DNA of 63,789 bases, the filler included, from Octopus bimaculoides (Eukaryota): NCBI RefSeq assembly GCF_001194135.2. It is 10 parts of 9 records of this genome, joined end to end, with 100 filler letters (N's around TTAATTAATTAA, not from the genome) between each part and the next. Parts side by side here need not be neighbours in the genome. Positions count along the whole stretch, not along the records: positions 1 to 17,884 come from NC_068987.1; positions 17,985 to 30,452 come from NC_068997.1; 8 more parts are not named here. One strand, 5' to 3'. Of the stretch, positions 13,210 through 26,710 are shown in pieces (the stretch's first letter is position 1; each line of letters begins with the position of its first letter). The notes under the pieces were generated by a model, which saw nothing but the letters and a program-made list of their open reading frames with translations, was not told the origin of the DNA and did no database searches. The position numbers were made by a program, and so were the translations under genes.

Positions 13210-14754
13210 GTGTAAAGAGTTTAAATCTTTTACTGAGATCATCGTTACCTTCGATTTGTTCGAAGATAGATATACTTTATTACTCTATTGTAGAAAATTC
13301 CATCGTGTATACAAGTTTCTATGTAAAAAATATATATTTTCAGTCAAAAAAATAATCAATATTTTACATGGGTCTATGATTGTGAAGAACTGCAAGAAAC
13401 AACACTACCAAACAAGAATAAAAAAAAGAATAACAAAAAAGGAAAAATAAAACAAATAAAAAGAAGAAAGAACTGTAGCAGCATGATTGATGTCAAGCAT
13501 TCAAAACTTACATTAATCTTTCATTCGGAAAACTTTTGGCTATCACAGACCTTAAGCACTAGCTAGATGAATTATGAACATCTTTTAAAGACTTTTACAC
13601 ACTTCATCGAAAACTTTGTTTATGTTGCCATTTCATTTAGAAATTTTTATGGAAATGGTCAATTGTAAGCAAAGAAAGCGAAGTCTTAGGTTGCTTAGAA
13701 AGAGATAAATAATTCAATTGATAAGATTTCGACACTCTTTTACACAGAATTGAAATCATGTTAAGCTGGGAAGAATATTTACGTTTTAAATGCATAATAT
13801 TATTAAAAGAAATTGATTACTTTCCCTAAAATACCATTCTCGAACCATAAACAGGCACACGCTCACACTCAATTTCACACTTACACAGATACATATATAA
13901 ACACAGACAGTTGTACAAAAGCACGCATATAAATTTTCTCTCCACAACATACATAAAAAAATAAATGGTTATTGAGGAATTTTCACTGAATTTATCGAAG
14001 CGAAAATTCCACATTTGAAAAATGGAAATATTTTAAACAAGAATAACAACAGAAACCGGAATACCAATAATACAAGAATAACAAAAAAACCATTGCCGAA
14101 GAGTTCTATGATTTTGAAAGATCGTGAGGTTTAACACGCTTGGCGTAGCTTAAAAAATTCATGCACCTTTAGATTAATAATTCAGTACAAAAATATCACA
14201 AGAAAACTTGAAATTATTGGTGGAAACAAAACACAAACACACAGAAAAACATACATACAAGCACATATAGACAAACGTACGTGCGCGCGCACACACACAC
14301 GCACACAGACAAACGCTATACAGAAGAGTTTTATATATAAAAAAGAAAGAATTTGAAGTGAAGTTCGGCTGAATATTATAGGAACTTCAAATGAAACCAT
14401 AGCAAGAAAATAAGATAGAAAATTTAGAATAAACAAGAAATCACCAATCAGCTTCAACGGAAGTACAGATGCTGGCAAATCAATCTTTTTATTTGACGTT
14501 CTGTAACTGTATATAACTAGGCAGACCAAAAATGTGCACAACAGCATCCTTTACACAAGGTGCTCATTAAGCTAAAGAAAAATATAATTTTAGATATGTT
14601 GTTACTGCTGTTAAACGTCATATCAACCATGATTGAGCAGTCCAATGACCAAAGGCATTTCAGCTATGGGAATACAGTTTGTTTTTCTTTACACGATGTT
14701 CTCGGGACTAAATCATTCATATATATATATATATATATATATACATACATACAC

Positions 14755-14809
<55 letters not shown>

Positions 14810-15252
14810 NNNNNNNNNNNNNNNNNNNNNNNNNNNNNNNNNNNNNNNNNNNNNNNNNNNNNNNNNNNNNNNNNNNNNNNNNNNNNNNNNNNNNNNNNNN
14901 NNNNNNNNNNNNNNNNNNNNNNNNNNNNNNNNNNNNNNNNNNNNNNNNNNNNNNNNNNNNNNNNNNNNNNNNNNNNNNNNNNNNNNNNNNNNNNNNNNNN
15001 NNNNNNNNNNNNNNNNNNNNNNNNNNNNNNNNNNNNNNNNNNNNNNNNNNNNNNNNNNNNNNNNNNNNNNNNNNNNNNNNNNNNNNNNNNNNNNNNNNNN
15101 NNNNNNNNNNNNNNNNNNNNNNNNNNNNNNNNNNNNNNNNNNNNNNNNNNNNNNNNNNNNNNNNNNNNNNNNNNNNNNNNNNNNNNNNNNNNNNNNNNNN
15201 NNNNNNNNNNNNNNNNNNNNNNNNNNNNNNNNNNNNNATATATATATATATG

Positions 15253-15292
<40 letters not shown>

Positions 15293-17984
15293 CACATATA
15301 TATATATATATCCATGTCTGTGTGCGTGCGTGTGTGTTTGTGTGTCTGTGTCTGTGTGTCTGTGTGCTTGTGTATGCGTGTGTGTAATTCCCTTTTAAGA
15401 TTTTAGAAAGTGGTTTTTGAGACGTTTAGTCACAGAGAGAATGGTCATGTAGAAGATCCCTCTCTACCTCTGGTGACATGGAATATCTGAACGATAAGTT
15501 GTAGGTCAATCGTACGTGTTGAAGCTCTTCCGTGGATTCATTTTATATACATTTAATTTCAGTTTAGTTGGTGCTTGAATATCAGTCAAACATTTCGCTG
15601 CTGATACAGATTCTAAGGATTTCATCATTAATACAATGACATTTTAGGAACACATACACAAAATTTTACGGGATTGTAAAGACAGAGAAATAGATAGACA
15701 CCCAAACAAAATGCACAAACATAGCCTAAACGCATGCACACAAAAGCGGATGGATGTCCATACGTGTAATTCAGAAGATAGTTTTCCATTCTTGATGTAG
15801 TACTTTCAGTATCGACAAGTATATGTTAAGTATGTATGATTTGTCTATTAAAGTTCTATTAAAGTTCTCTTTAAAAGAGTTCAAACCGGTCGCTAAAAAT
15901 AGCGACAGGGCTTTTTGAGTTAGGAGAAATCCCGATGTTTGGAAATATGTAGTTGTGTTGGTGTTGTTAGTTGAACCTCAGGTGTGCACACCAAAGCGTG
16001 TGCATCTATTTACCTAAAGGACCTCAGGTGGAGAATATTTGGAATGTCTTACAAATCTCCACCGTGCCAGTAATAGATTGGGGCTGGATAATCCACGTCA
16101 GTATATATGTATGTATATGTTTTTGTCAGGCCACTCTTAGTACTTCTGATAATATGTAACCCAGTATACAACCTGTCGCATGGCCGGGCATTCAACCACT
16201 AAGCCGACAACCCTGACGAAGCTTCATGGCAAGGAGGGTGCTTTTCAATGAATACCATGCAGGATACAAAATAAAACTTGTGAAAGGATGCATGAATGTA
16301 AAAGAATTAACGCCCGTCGAACAGCTGGGAGCAAAGGGACTCTAATTTTTGCATAAATATCACCCGAGGAAAGAGAACTACCAAAATAACATCCGCTTCA
16401 TTGCGAAGTCGGAGAACTTGTTCTCGCTTGTCTCTAGACTACTTGGTTTTGTAGGCGAGAATCTTAGCAATATTATGCAAGCTGTTACTGACTTCAAATT
16501 TCAGCAAAGGAATTGCTGACAACCATTTTCTTGAACATCTATGATAAGATAATTTGTTAGTTATGGTCATACACGTATACAAATTGATATCCATATGCAT
16601 GTATGTATGTATGTATGTATGTATGTATGTATGCATGTATGCATGTATGTATGTATGTATGTATGTATGTATGTATGTATCTATGTACGTACGTACGTAC
16701 GTATGTATATATGTATGTATATGTGTGTGTGCGTCTGTGTGCGTGCGTGAGTGTGTATCTGCGTGCGTGCGTGTGTATATTATAATCATATTCTTGCTTT
16801 AAGGGTAGAATGGCTCTGTAAAATATTCATGTAGGATTGAACCATATTCCTTTTGTGTCCATTTCTGCTATTTCTACTTTATTCGCAAGACTTGAAAAGC
16901 TGTGTCATGTTATTTATAAAATAGGTATATTGAAATTATGTACATGTAGGTATCTGTCTTTCTATCTGGTTTCCGTATCTAACTGCCTGCGATTAATATC
17001 CCATGCAGACTTTAGGGCGAAACATATATATTTTGTTGGGGGTAATTGTTAAAGATAAAGCACACATACACCTACACACAGACACACATGCACATACGTA
17101 TATACACACGCACGCGCACACACACTTTCACAGACAAACATATAAAGATGTATAACTCACACACAGACACATATATGTACACACATTATTATATGTTGGA
17201 AATGAATAACTATTGTTGCGAGTTCAAATATATGTTAACATTTATAAAAATATTATTTCAATATAACTATTATTATTCTTGTTCAAATCAGCGTCAGCAG
17301 TAGCTTAGCAGGACTCTAACTAAATGGATTCTAGTTCTAATAATCCAATCTTCTTGTATATCTAGAATGACAACTGAGCATGATTCATTGAAGATTTGGC
17401 TGTTATATCTACCAATAGTTTGAGTCACCGCCAAGAAAAAAACATTCTACACATGATGTTTTATTTAATGGATACATATGTTGTATTTACAACTTAAATG
17501 ATAAATCGAAATTCAAACCAAAACTGAAAACGTGCTGAGAGTTGGTTCGTTGCTTTCTGTTTTTCAACCCTACGAATATCCATCGGCGACGTCCTCGATA
17601 TTATAAGAATTTCCCTCACATCTATCACAGATGATTTTTCATGTAACGTGCAATTACCCCTGCTGATATTTTGTGGAATCATTCGACATTTGCATTTAAA
17701 AAGGAAAGGAAGGAAAGAAACGAAAGAAAAGAAAAACCAAATAATGACTGCACTATTTATCATACATCTTTGAAAACAAAGAGAACATAAAAATGCGGTG
17801 CTTTGAAATATATCAAGAGTTTGTACATTATAAGCACGCTTACGTACATACACAAATACATATAACATGCGTACATATATATATNNNNNNNNNNNNNNNN
17901 NNNNNNNNNNNNNNNNNNNNNNNNNNNNTTAATTAATTAANNNNNNNNNNNNNNNNNNNNNNNNNNNNNNNNNNNNNNNNNNNN

Positions 17985-18026
<42 letters not shown>

Positions 18027-18479
18027 CTATGTGTATGTGTGTGTATGGCAACATACACACGTGGAGGGAGTGTCGTATAGAAAACGTTGATGATTTTGTA
18101 ACGTGTTGTCCCTGGTAAAGTTGATGTTTATAATTTTAGTGCTGGAGATTATGATGGTAATAAGTACTTGTGGTGTCAACAGGAGAATGGATAAGTGTCC
18201 TTACATAAAAGGAAATGACAAGTAAGAATGTTGATGTTAGCGACGTGATGTTTGTTTGCTGATGTCGCACTTCGCCCTGATAGCACCGAATGTTCTTAAG
18301 TAATTCACGTGTGTCTTTGGCTCTGACTCCAGAATAAATGTGTGTAACCAAATGATGAATTCCGTTGTCCAACCGACGCATTCAGCTTACATACCCTGCT
18401 CATCACGATCATCGTCACTGTCATGGATCGTACTGTCTCTAGTCATGGGGCCGTTTAACCGCTCGTTTTTCATGTAGTA

Positions 18480-18660
18480 TGAGTGTCCTACATCACTACA
18501 TGCCCTCTAAACGTGACATCAGTCTGTTACAGGGTTACTCAAGCAACGGAATGGACTAGAGTTTCGTGAAATGCCGTATTTTGCTAGGAATCGAAATTAC
18601 GAGCGCTAGATCGTGAGAGCAACACCCTAACCCCTAGGCCACGCACCCTCTGTCAGTATT
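18480..18660 (-). mobile_element. tRNA-derived SINE (family C)
   Basis: Reverse complement begins gtgcgtggcctaggggttagggtgttgctctcacgatc...tttcgattcc, with A-box and B-box-like motifs. Confidence 0.6.
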
Positions 18661-18869
18661 TGACTGCTATTTCTAGCAAAGCGAACAATTACGTAGAACC
18701 TCACTATCCCCCACTGCTTATATATAGGGAACTGTGGCACAAGATAAGATGATGTATCAATCAACGACAAAATTAGGGGCCTCTTAGTAAACGTGTACCC
18801 GAATAAAAGGGGTCACTAGAAGAAAACATTGAAAGATACATGATCCCTTTTCTTTTCTGTTTTTTTGCT

Positions 18870-19620
18870 AAGTGGAAAATAAGGGGAGGTGGAAGGGGAG
18901 GCGGGGAAGAGGGGGTCGACATAAAAATCCCATTAAATTGTTGTTTGTGGCTTTGAGGCGTGATTTTGATGTTGAGAATAGAGTGATGGTATGTAGGTAA
19001 CGAGTAGGAGGTGGTGGTGGTGGTGGTGGTGATCCTGGCTGTTTTCGTTGTTGTTGTTGTTGCTGTGGTGGTGGTGGTTGCGTTGGGGTAGATTTGATTT
19101 TTAGGTAGAATGGTGTTGTGTCGGTAGACACGATTGTGGTGGCTGTTGTTGTAGTTGTGATGGTGGTGGTGGTTCTGCTACTACTACTACTGCTAGTAGT
19201 GGTAGTAGTAGTGGTAGTGGTGATTGTGGTGGTGGTGGTGGTGGTGGTGGTACCAGGTTGATTACGGCGAAGTTAGTTAGGGTGGTTATTGGTGGTGTAT
19301 AGTTGATAACGTGATAAAATGGTATTGTGTAGCTTAGGAGGAGGTGGTGGTGATGGTGGTGGTGGTGGTGGTTTTGGTAGTGGTGGTGGCGGTGGTGGTT
19401 ATTCGATTTCAAAATAGTCTTGAGTTGTTATGTAGGTAGATGACAGCGGTGACAATAATGTCGGTAAGGATGTTTGCTGTATTGATGTTGAAGATGGCGT
19501 TGGTGGTGATTCTTGTTTTTGCTGCTGTTGCTGTTGTTGTTGTGGTAGTGGTGGTGGTGGTGGTGGTAACAACTTTGGACAATGCTGAACATGGTGGTGA
19601 TTGACGTTGAGAGACTGGGG
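18870..19620. repeat. Dense cluster of trinucleotide repeats (GGT, GTT, GTA, GCT)
   Basis: Direct inspection. It produces low-complexity polyP/H/Q/T ORFs on the minus strand. Confidence 0.85.
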
Positions 19621-20131
19621 TTATGAAGGTATATGTGTGCGCGTGTGTGTGTGTGTGTGTGCTCGTTCTTTTGTGTACATGTCTTTGTGTCTGATTTCCC
19701 GTCACCGATTGAAAACCGGTGTTGCTTTCCTTACGTCCCCCGTAATTAAGTAGTTCGTCAAAATAGACCAACAAATTCTAGACTAAAAATAATTACTCAT
19801 ATCGATTTATTTAACTAAACTAACCACTAGACAGTGCTCCATCATGGTCGCTGTCGAATGGCCGAAGCAAAGAAACGAGTAGAAAGTGTAAACCTCTAAT
19901 AACTATTGCGGCAACAAACACAGCCACCAGTAAAGAGAACTACCACCAAAACCACCACCAACACCACTGCAAGAACAACAAACGCAATCTGAACCACAAA
20001 GAATTCAACAACGATTGCAGTTTCGTGGGTGGAAGTACTGGTACGAGAAATATTTTTAACTTTCGCTTTGTGTAAACATGGCGGAATAAACATTTGAACT
20101 TGACAAACGAGACTGTCTGTCTACCTTATTG

Positions 20132-20167
<36 letters not shown>

Positions 20168-20969
20168 NNNNNNNNNNNNNNNNNNNNNNNNNNNNNNNNN
20201 NNNNNNNNNNNNNNNNNNNNNNNNNNNNNNNNNNNNNNNNNNNNNNNNNNNNNNNNNNNNNNNNNNNNNNNNNNNNNNNNNNNNNNNNNNNNNNNNNNNN
20301 NNNNNNNNNNNNNNNNNNNNNNNNNNNNNNNNNNNNNNNNNNNNNNNNNNNNNNNNNNNNNNNNNNNNNNNNNNNNNNNNNNNNNNNNNNNNNNNNNNNN
20401 NNNNNNNNNNNNNNNNNNNNNNNNNNNNNNNNNNNNNNNNNNNNNNNNNNNNNNNNNNNNNNNNNNNNNNNNNNNNNNNNNNNNNNNNNNNNNNNNNNNN
20501 NNNNNNNNNNNNNNNNNNNNNNNNNNNNNNNNNNNNNNNNNNNNNNNNNNNNNNNNNNNNNNNNNNNNNNNNNNNNNNNNNNNNNNNNNNNNNNNNNNNN
20601 NNNNNNNNNNNNNNNNNNNNNNNNNNNNNNNNNNNNNNNNNNNNNNNNNNNNNNNNNNNNNNNNNNNNNNNNNNNNNNNNNNNNNNNNNNNNNNNNNNNN
20701 NNNNNNNNNNNNNNNNNNNNNNNNNGTGTGTGTGTGTGTGCGCGCGCGCATACTTATAGGTGTATGTACGTGTGTATATATATAAATATATATTATATAT
20801 ACATATATAATATTTGTAATCGAAGAATATATATTATTATCATATATTATTATACAGTTATATATGTATATATATATATATGTATATATGGATGTATATA
20901 TGGATGTATATATGTATGTCTATATGTATGTGTATATATATGCGTGTGTGTGTGTATATATGTATATAC

Positions 20970-21006
<37 letters not shown>

Positions 21007-21298
21007 TATATATATATGAAGCGTGAGAGAGACAAACAAACAAAGATAAAAAGAAAGGATGACGAAATATTGCAAGTATTTATCTGTTCGTGTCCTTTTC
21101 GATTTGTATTGTCTTAGTCAACACGAGTGAGGCCGCACTGAGACACAACTACCTGTCTGTGAGTCCGAGTGAGTGTACGCTTTCTGATGTATGTATACGC
21201 ATGCGTGTGTGCAGGACGAAAGTTATTTGATTTTTTTTGTTTTGTTTTAATGAATAAATACATTTTGATCCTCTCCCATCTCCCTTGCATCGCCCTAC

Positions 21299-21452
21299 CT
21301 GTTCTGGAATCCCAACACTCCCCGGCCCCATTGACATTCTTGATCGAATTTAGCAACTTATCTCAAGATCAGAATCTGATCAGACACGAAGGCTTTATTT
21401 CAAAAACTAAGGCATCAACCGCAGTCTCTATATCAACTTCGTCAATTCGGAG
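21299..21452 (-). other. Candidate 154-nt exon (mostly non-coding, possibly ending in MSMGPGSVGIPEQ)
   Basis: Acceptor gagttttttttag| at 21453 and donor cag|gtaggg at 21299/21298. All three frames have stops in the 5' part. An ATG 39 nt before the donor gives a phase-0 junction. Confidence 0.3.
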
Positions 21453-21809
21453 CTAAAAAAAACTCAAACTAAACGGTTGGTGGGGGGAGGAGAACCAGCA
21501 AGGGCTTAAGCAGACCTGAAGCAGGGAGGGCATGTCCTTGTCGAGGTCTCGAATTGTGATTAAAGGACTTCAACAAACTTAGCTGATAGATTGATTGATT
21601 CACCGGTCGATTAATCAAACAGTCGCTTAGTTATTTGTTAACTAATTTACAGATAATGATGATGATAGTGATATTAAAAGAAGTGAAATTATTTAATTAT
21701 GTCTTCTATCAGTTGTCTTTGACTTGTTTCGGTCATTAAACTGAGGCCATGCTGGAGCACCGCCCTCGAGGGTTTAGTCGAACAAATCGACTCCAGTACT
21801 TGCTTTTAA

Positions 21810-22162
21810 GCCTGGTGCTTTCTTTCTTGGCCGGCCGTTGTGCGTGCAACATCGTTATTCCTCCCTGTGCCTGTGAAATCTTGTATCCCGGTTGTAAGGC
21901 CTTATTTCCATACACGCCAGCTTCATTTAATTCGTCCTTAGTCGAAAGACGTCTGTTGTTATGTCCCCTTATTATTCCTACTGTATTTGTGTAACATTGT
22001 TCGTTTGTTTTTTTTCCGTCCTTGTTTTTGTGTACATTCGCTGCTTTCTCCCAAGGAATCTAATGCTCTTAGCTTAGTTTTTCCTTGGGGCTGGCCAGAT
22101 TGGAGCAATATCGAGAATAACCAGCTGAAATTGCAAGGATAATCTGGATCTCGACTGAAGAA
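21810..22162 (+). mobile_element. Penelope-like terminal repeat fragment, truncated by a gap
   Basis: Alignable by eye with the reverse complement of 32105-32260 (tcgct-gctttct...tctaat...gcttag...gggg...ccagat...aacca...gaaat...ctYgactgaNga). Confidence 0.45.
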
Positions 22163-23501
22163 NNNNNNNNNNNNNNNNNNNNNNNNNNNNNNNNNNNNNN
22201 NNNNNNNNNNNTATATATATATATATATATATTGAAATGCAACAATCTATGTAGTTATAAGAATTATATGTTTAAATATATCTTCTTTCATTGCAGGTGT
22301 ATAGAAATCGGTGCCTATATTTTGAAGAAAACGGGACGGAAACCTTTAAAAATACATTCGTTGCCCTGCATTCCAGCCAGATGAGGAGTGATTCTTTTCC
22401 TGACCGGCTCTTACGATTTGTTTATGTTGTTGCTGTTGTTGTTATCGTTTTTATTGCTGCTACTACTGCTGCTGCTGCTACTGTTGTTATTGTTGCTGCT
22501 GTTGTTGTTGTTATTGTTGATGGTGATGATGGTTATGAAGATTTCTTTACTCATTTTTTCTCGCAATTCTGTAAAACATCTGAATAGTTTTTTTTTCTAT
22601 TATTATTCTATTAAAATTCAAAACCAAAAAGCTAAATACAATGAAATTGAGACAGAAGAAATCTCCTGAAAAATAAATTAAATGATATAAAATTGATTAA
22701 AAAGAAAATCAACAAAAAAACTAACACACAATGGCAACAATTTTTTGTAGATGGAACAATGTGTAACCTTAAAAAACATTCATGTCAATAAAAAAATTGA
22801 AGTGAAAATGATAACAAGAAAAATCTATTTAAAACAAAGAATAATATTAATAACACTACTAAAACACACACAATAAACCTCAAAACCATAACAGACAAAA
22901 AAAAAAGACAATTCTGAAAGAATATAAAAAGAAAAGATATTTAAATAATAAAAAAAACTTGATTTATTTGTTCAAATATTATATTATAATTTTTGGACAA
23001 TCTTCTTTTGCATTTTTTGCATATGTTTGCATTTTCCCCGTGTTCTTGTTGACATCGTATATTTGGTATCCTATTTCTATCATTATTCCTGTAATTATTT
23101 CGACATTGCGTTTTGAGTTCAAATTCTATCAAGGCCTGTTTTGCTTTTTATCATTTCGGGGTCGATGAAACAAATATAAGTTGAGCCCTGGGATCAATGT
23201 AATCGAATAGCCCCACTCGTCAAAAATTTCAGAAAGAATTATAGTTGTTGTTGTTTTTGTTGTTTAAACAGTGTGTTGGCCGAATGGTTAGAGCGTTGGA
23301 CAAAAATGCTTAATGCCACTTCTGCATCTTAACGCTCTGAGTTCAAACATCAGCAAAATCGACTTCGTTTTTCAATCTTTTGGAGTCGATAGAATAAAGT
23401 ACCAGTCAGATACTAGGATCGACGTAATTGGGTAACCCCCTCCCTCAAAATCTGGTGATCTTTTTTGTCAAATTTAGAAATAATTATTATAATTATTATT
23501 G

Positions 23502-23712
23502 GGCGGCGAGCTGGCAGAATCGTTAGCGCGCCGGACGAAATTCTTAGCGGTATTTCGCTCATCGCTGCGTTCTGAGTTCAAATTCCTCCGAGGTCAACTT
23601 TGCCTTTCATCTTTTCGGGGTTGATAAAATAAGTACCAGTTACGCACTGGGGTTGATGTAATCGACTTAACCCCTTCCCACATGCTGCCCTTGTGGCAAA
23701 AATTTGAAATCA
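23502..23712 (+). mobile_element. Full-length tRNA-derived SINE, family A (central domain resembles the MetaSINE/Sauria-type GCCTTTCATCCTTTCGGGGTCGATAAAATAAGTACC)
   Basis: A-box-like TGGCAGAATCG, B-box GAGTTCAAATTCC and an (ATT)n tail. More than 15 related copies occur in the window. Confidence 0.85.
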
Positions 23713-25275
23713 TTATTAGGCGACGCGCTGGCATTTCTTCCTGCCCTTTTGGGGTTGATAAATTAAGTACCAAATGAGCAGTAGAATCGATATTATTGAT
23801 TTGCCCCTCCAGCTAAAATTGCTGGTCTTGAGCCCAAATTTTAAACTGCTATACTTCTAGTCGTTGTAATTGTTTGTACTTTGGTCTTGGATTCTCCATT
23901 TTTGAGAGCAAGGGTAATTCAATACCACCAAGCTTAGTATCTAAGACTAGTATTCTATTTTATCGACCACGGAAAGGTGAAAGGCAAAGTTGACCACAGC
24001 AGGGTTCGAATTCAGATCGTAAGGAACAAAAGTAATACGGCCGGGTATTTTGTCAGGCGCTTTATTTGTTCTGCTAATCTTGTCGAGATTAACTTGGCCT
24101 TTAATCCCATTCAGGGTCATTAGAATGAAGTACCAATCCACACGACTAATCCTCTTCTCAAAATTGCTGGCTTTGTGCCGAGGTCAGAAACCGCTGTCGT
24201 CGTTGTTGCTGTTATTTTCATACATTATAATTAATGATTTCAAATTCTGTCGCAAAGGCAGCAATATCCTTTCTACTAAAGGCACAAGTCCTGAAATTTG
24301 TGAGGAGGGGACTTGTCGGTAATATCGGCCCCCAGTACTTAATTTATCGATCCCGAAAGTATGAAAGGCAAAGTCGACCTCGGTGGAACTTGAACTCAGA
24401 ACGTAGCGAGGGTCGAAATACAAGGCCAGCAATATCGGGGAAGAGAGTAAGTCGATTACATCGACTGCAGTACTCAGCTGGTATTTATTTTATCGACCCC
24501 CGAAAGGGATGAAAAGCAACGGAATTTGAACTCGGACGAAATGCCGCTGAAGCATTTTGTCCTGCTCGCTAACGACTCTTCCAGTTCGCCACCTTCTTTC
24601 TACACATTGTAATTCTTGTTCTTATTCTAACCAATGTTCTCGTACTTAAATTGTTTCAATGACGAGGACGGGGGCGGCGGCGGCGGCGGTGGTGGTATCG
24701 ATGGCGACGACGACGACGACGAGAACTTACAGAAAGTTAGTTTATTTTATTTAAGCACCGAACTGCTATTTAAAAACAAATTTTAAATGTATTTCATTTA
24801 ACTTAGCCGTACATTTTTTGCTGCAATAATTAAAATCCACTGAACAATTATATAATCCGTTATCTGCTCCGATTTTGTACGTTCTGAGTTCAAATCGCAC
24901 CCAGGTCAACATTTTCTTTTTTTTTTTTTTTTTTTTTTTTTTCGTCTATCAGGAATTGATATACTAAAGTACCAGTTAAAGATATACGGTCGACATAACG
25001 ACTATTCCCCCCACCTCACCCACGAAACAACAGTCATTGTAAATATACCGGAAAATGTTATTATTGATATCATCATCATCATTATTATTGTCATTATTAA
25101 GGCGAAATCTTAGCGGTATTTCGCCCGTCGCTACGTTCTGAGTTCAAATTCTGCCGAGGTCGACTTTACCTTTCATCCTTTCGGGAGCGATAAAATAAGT
25201 ACCAGTTGAACACTGGAGTTGATGTAATCGACTCATTCCCACTTCCTCCAAGCTGCCCTTGCCGCCAAAATTTGA

Positions 25276-25310
<35 letters not shown>

Positions 25311-25335
25311 TAACAATAACAATAATAATAATAAT

Positions 25336-25716
25336 TATTATTATTATTATTATTCAGTAGTTTTATTTTTATAACGTGCTTTCACTTCACTACCGAGCGC
25401 AGCTCTGTGCGCCTTGGGTATGTGCTGTGGTTTGCTGTGGTGCTCTTATGTTTACTGTATTGAAAGTGTTTTGCGTAGAATGTGTGCAGTACCCAGTAGT
25501 GCAATTTTCTGTATGTTATATATATTTGTAAGTCCTGGTATTTTTGTTATGTATTTGTCTGAATATTTTTTTATTATACCTAAGGCACCTACTATGATAG
25601 GAATTGTTTCTGTTTTTAGATTCCACATTCGGGTTATCTCTATTTCCAGGTCTTTGTATTATGAAAGTTTTTCCATTTCTTTTAGAGAAACGTTGTCATC
25701 TGCTGGTACTGATACA
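25336..25716 (-). mobile_element. 5'-truncated R4/Dong-clade non-LTR retrotransposon (C-terminal restriction-like endonuclease, 3' UTR, (TAA)n tail)
   Basis: 25715-25452 reads VSVPADDNVSLKEMEKLS*YKDLEIEITRMWNLKTETIPIIVGALGIIKK...IQKIALLGTAHILRKTLSIQ*. (TAA)n lies on both sides. Confidence 0.85.
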
Positions 25717-25726
25717 TTATTATTAA

Positions 25727-25777
<51 letters not shown>

Positions 25778-26164
25778 GGCGGCGGTGAGCTGGCAGAACC
25801 GGTTAGGGCGCTGGACGAAATGCTTAGCTGTATTTCGCCCATCGCTACGTTCTGAGTTCAGATTCTGCCGAGGTCGACTTTGCTTTTCATCTTTTCGGGG
25901 TCGATAAATCAAGTACCAGTTGCACACTGCGGTCGATGTAATCGACTTACCTCCTTCCTCAAAATTCCAGACCTTATGCCTACAGTAGAAAGTATTATTA
26001 TTATTATTATCATCATCATTGTTGTTATTGTGTTTATTCTATTCTTTTTCTTTTGTATACATATAAATATCCATTTATGGACATATAAATGTTTGTTTGC
26101 TCTTGTATGCCGACTTGTCATTAAATATACGTATATTTAAGTAAATGTATGAATTCACGCGAAC

Positions 26165-26248
<84 letters not shown>

Positions 26249-26489
26249 ACGAACACACACATACGTTCATACATACTTTCACAGAGAGACAGATTTTTCT
26301 ATTTATCGACATATATATATACATACATGTGAACGGTGGTAATATTCATATATCATATATAAATATATGTACGTATAAGTATATCGACATTTATACGCAC
26401 CGACACCCACACATGTGCAGACGCACTCACACACACATATATAAATATTGCATGTTTGTACGTCTGGTCAGATATGCTGGTTCCTGGAA

Positions 26490-26710
26490 ATGATTGTCGC
26501 TGCCTTTCCGTTTAGGAAACTTCTTCCTCGGGTACAGTATGCAATACGAAACTTCCAGTTGACATGTAGTAACAGTTGATTCAGATACATTTTGTTTTCT
26601 CTCACTCCATCTGTTTTCTCTCTTCGTTCCTTTCTATAGAAGAGCATTGGCTCGAAACATTAAACCCTTCTTCTATTCTCCTTGAGCGTTAAAGTAATAC
26701 ACATTCTTTG
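26490..26710 (+). mobile_element. Penelope-like terminal fragment with a hammerhead-like relic
   Basis: Contains gaaGAGC-attg-GCTCgaaaca, a hairpin followed by GAAA, which is typical of Penelope terminal repeats. Confidence 0.4.

Larger units (their letters stand above)
23190..26000. mobile_element. Cluster of ~10 family A SINE copies in both orientations
   Basis: Plus-strand copies near 23270, 23502, 23716, 24870, 25099 and 25778. Minus-strand copies near 23890-24060, 24240-24440 and 24440-24600. Confidence 0.8.

Noticed and set aside
14182-14547. Hydrophobic minus-strand ORF resembling transmembrane segments
   Set aside because: No family motif or convincing splice context. T-rich strands translate as F/L/I by composition, and the ORF ends in a microsatellite.
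16213-16260. CUGACGA as a hammerhead core
   Set aside because: No stem II followed by GAAA.
17929-17940. TTAATTAATTAA centred in N runs, also at 30497, 37796, 43126, 47667, 53412, 54641, 60106 and 61893
   Set aside because: It is always 44 N + 12 bp + 44 N = 100 bp. This is an artificial scaffolding spacer with stops in all frames, not biology.
23502-23600. SINE heads as tRNA genes
   Set aside because: A and B boxes are present, but there is no closed cloverleaf and they continue into SINE bodies.
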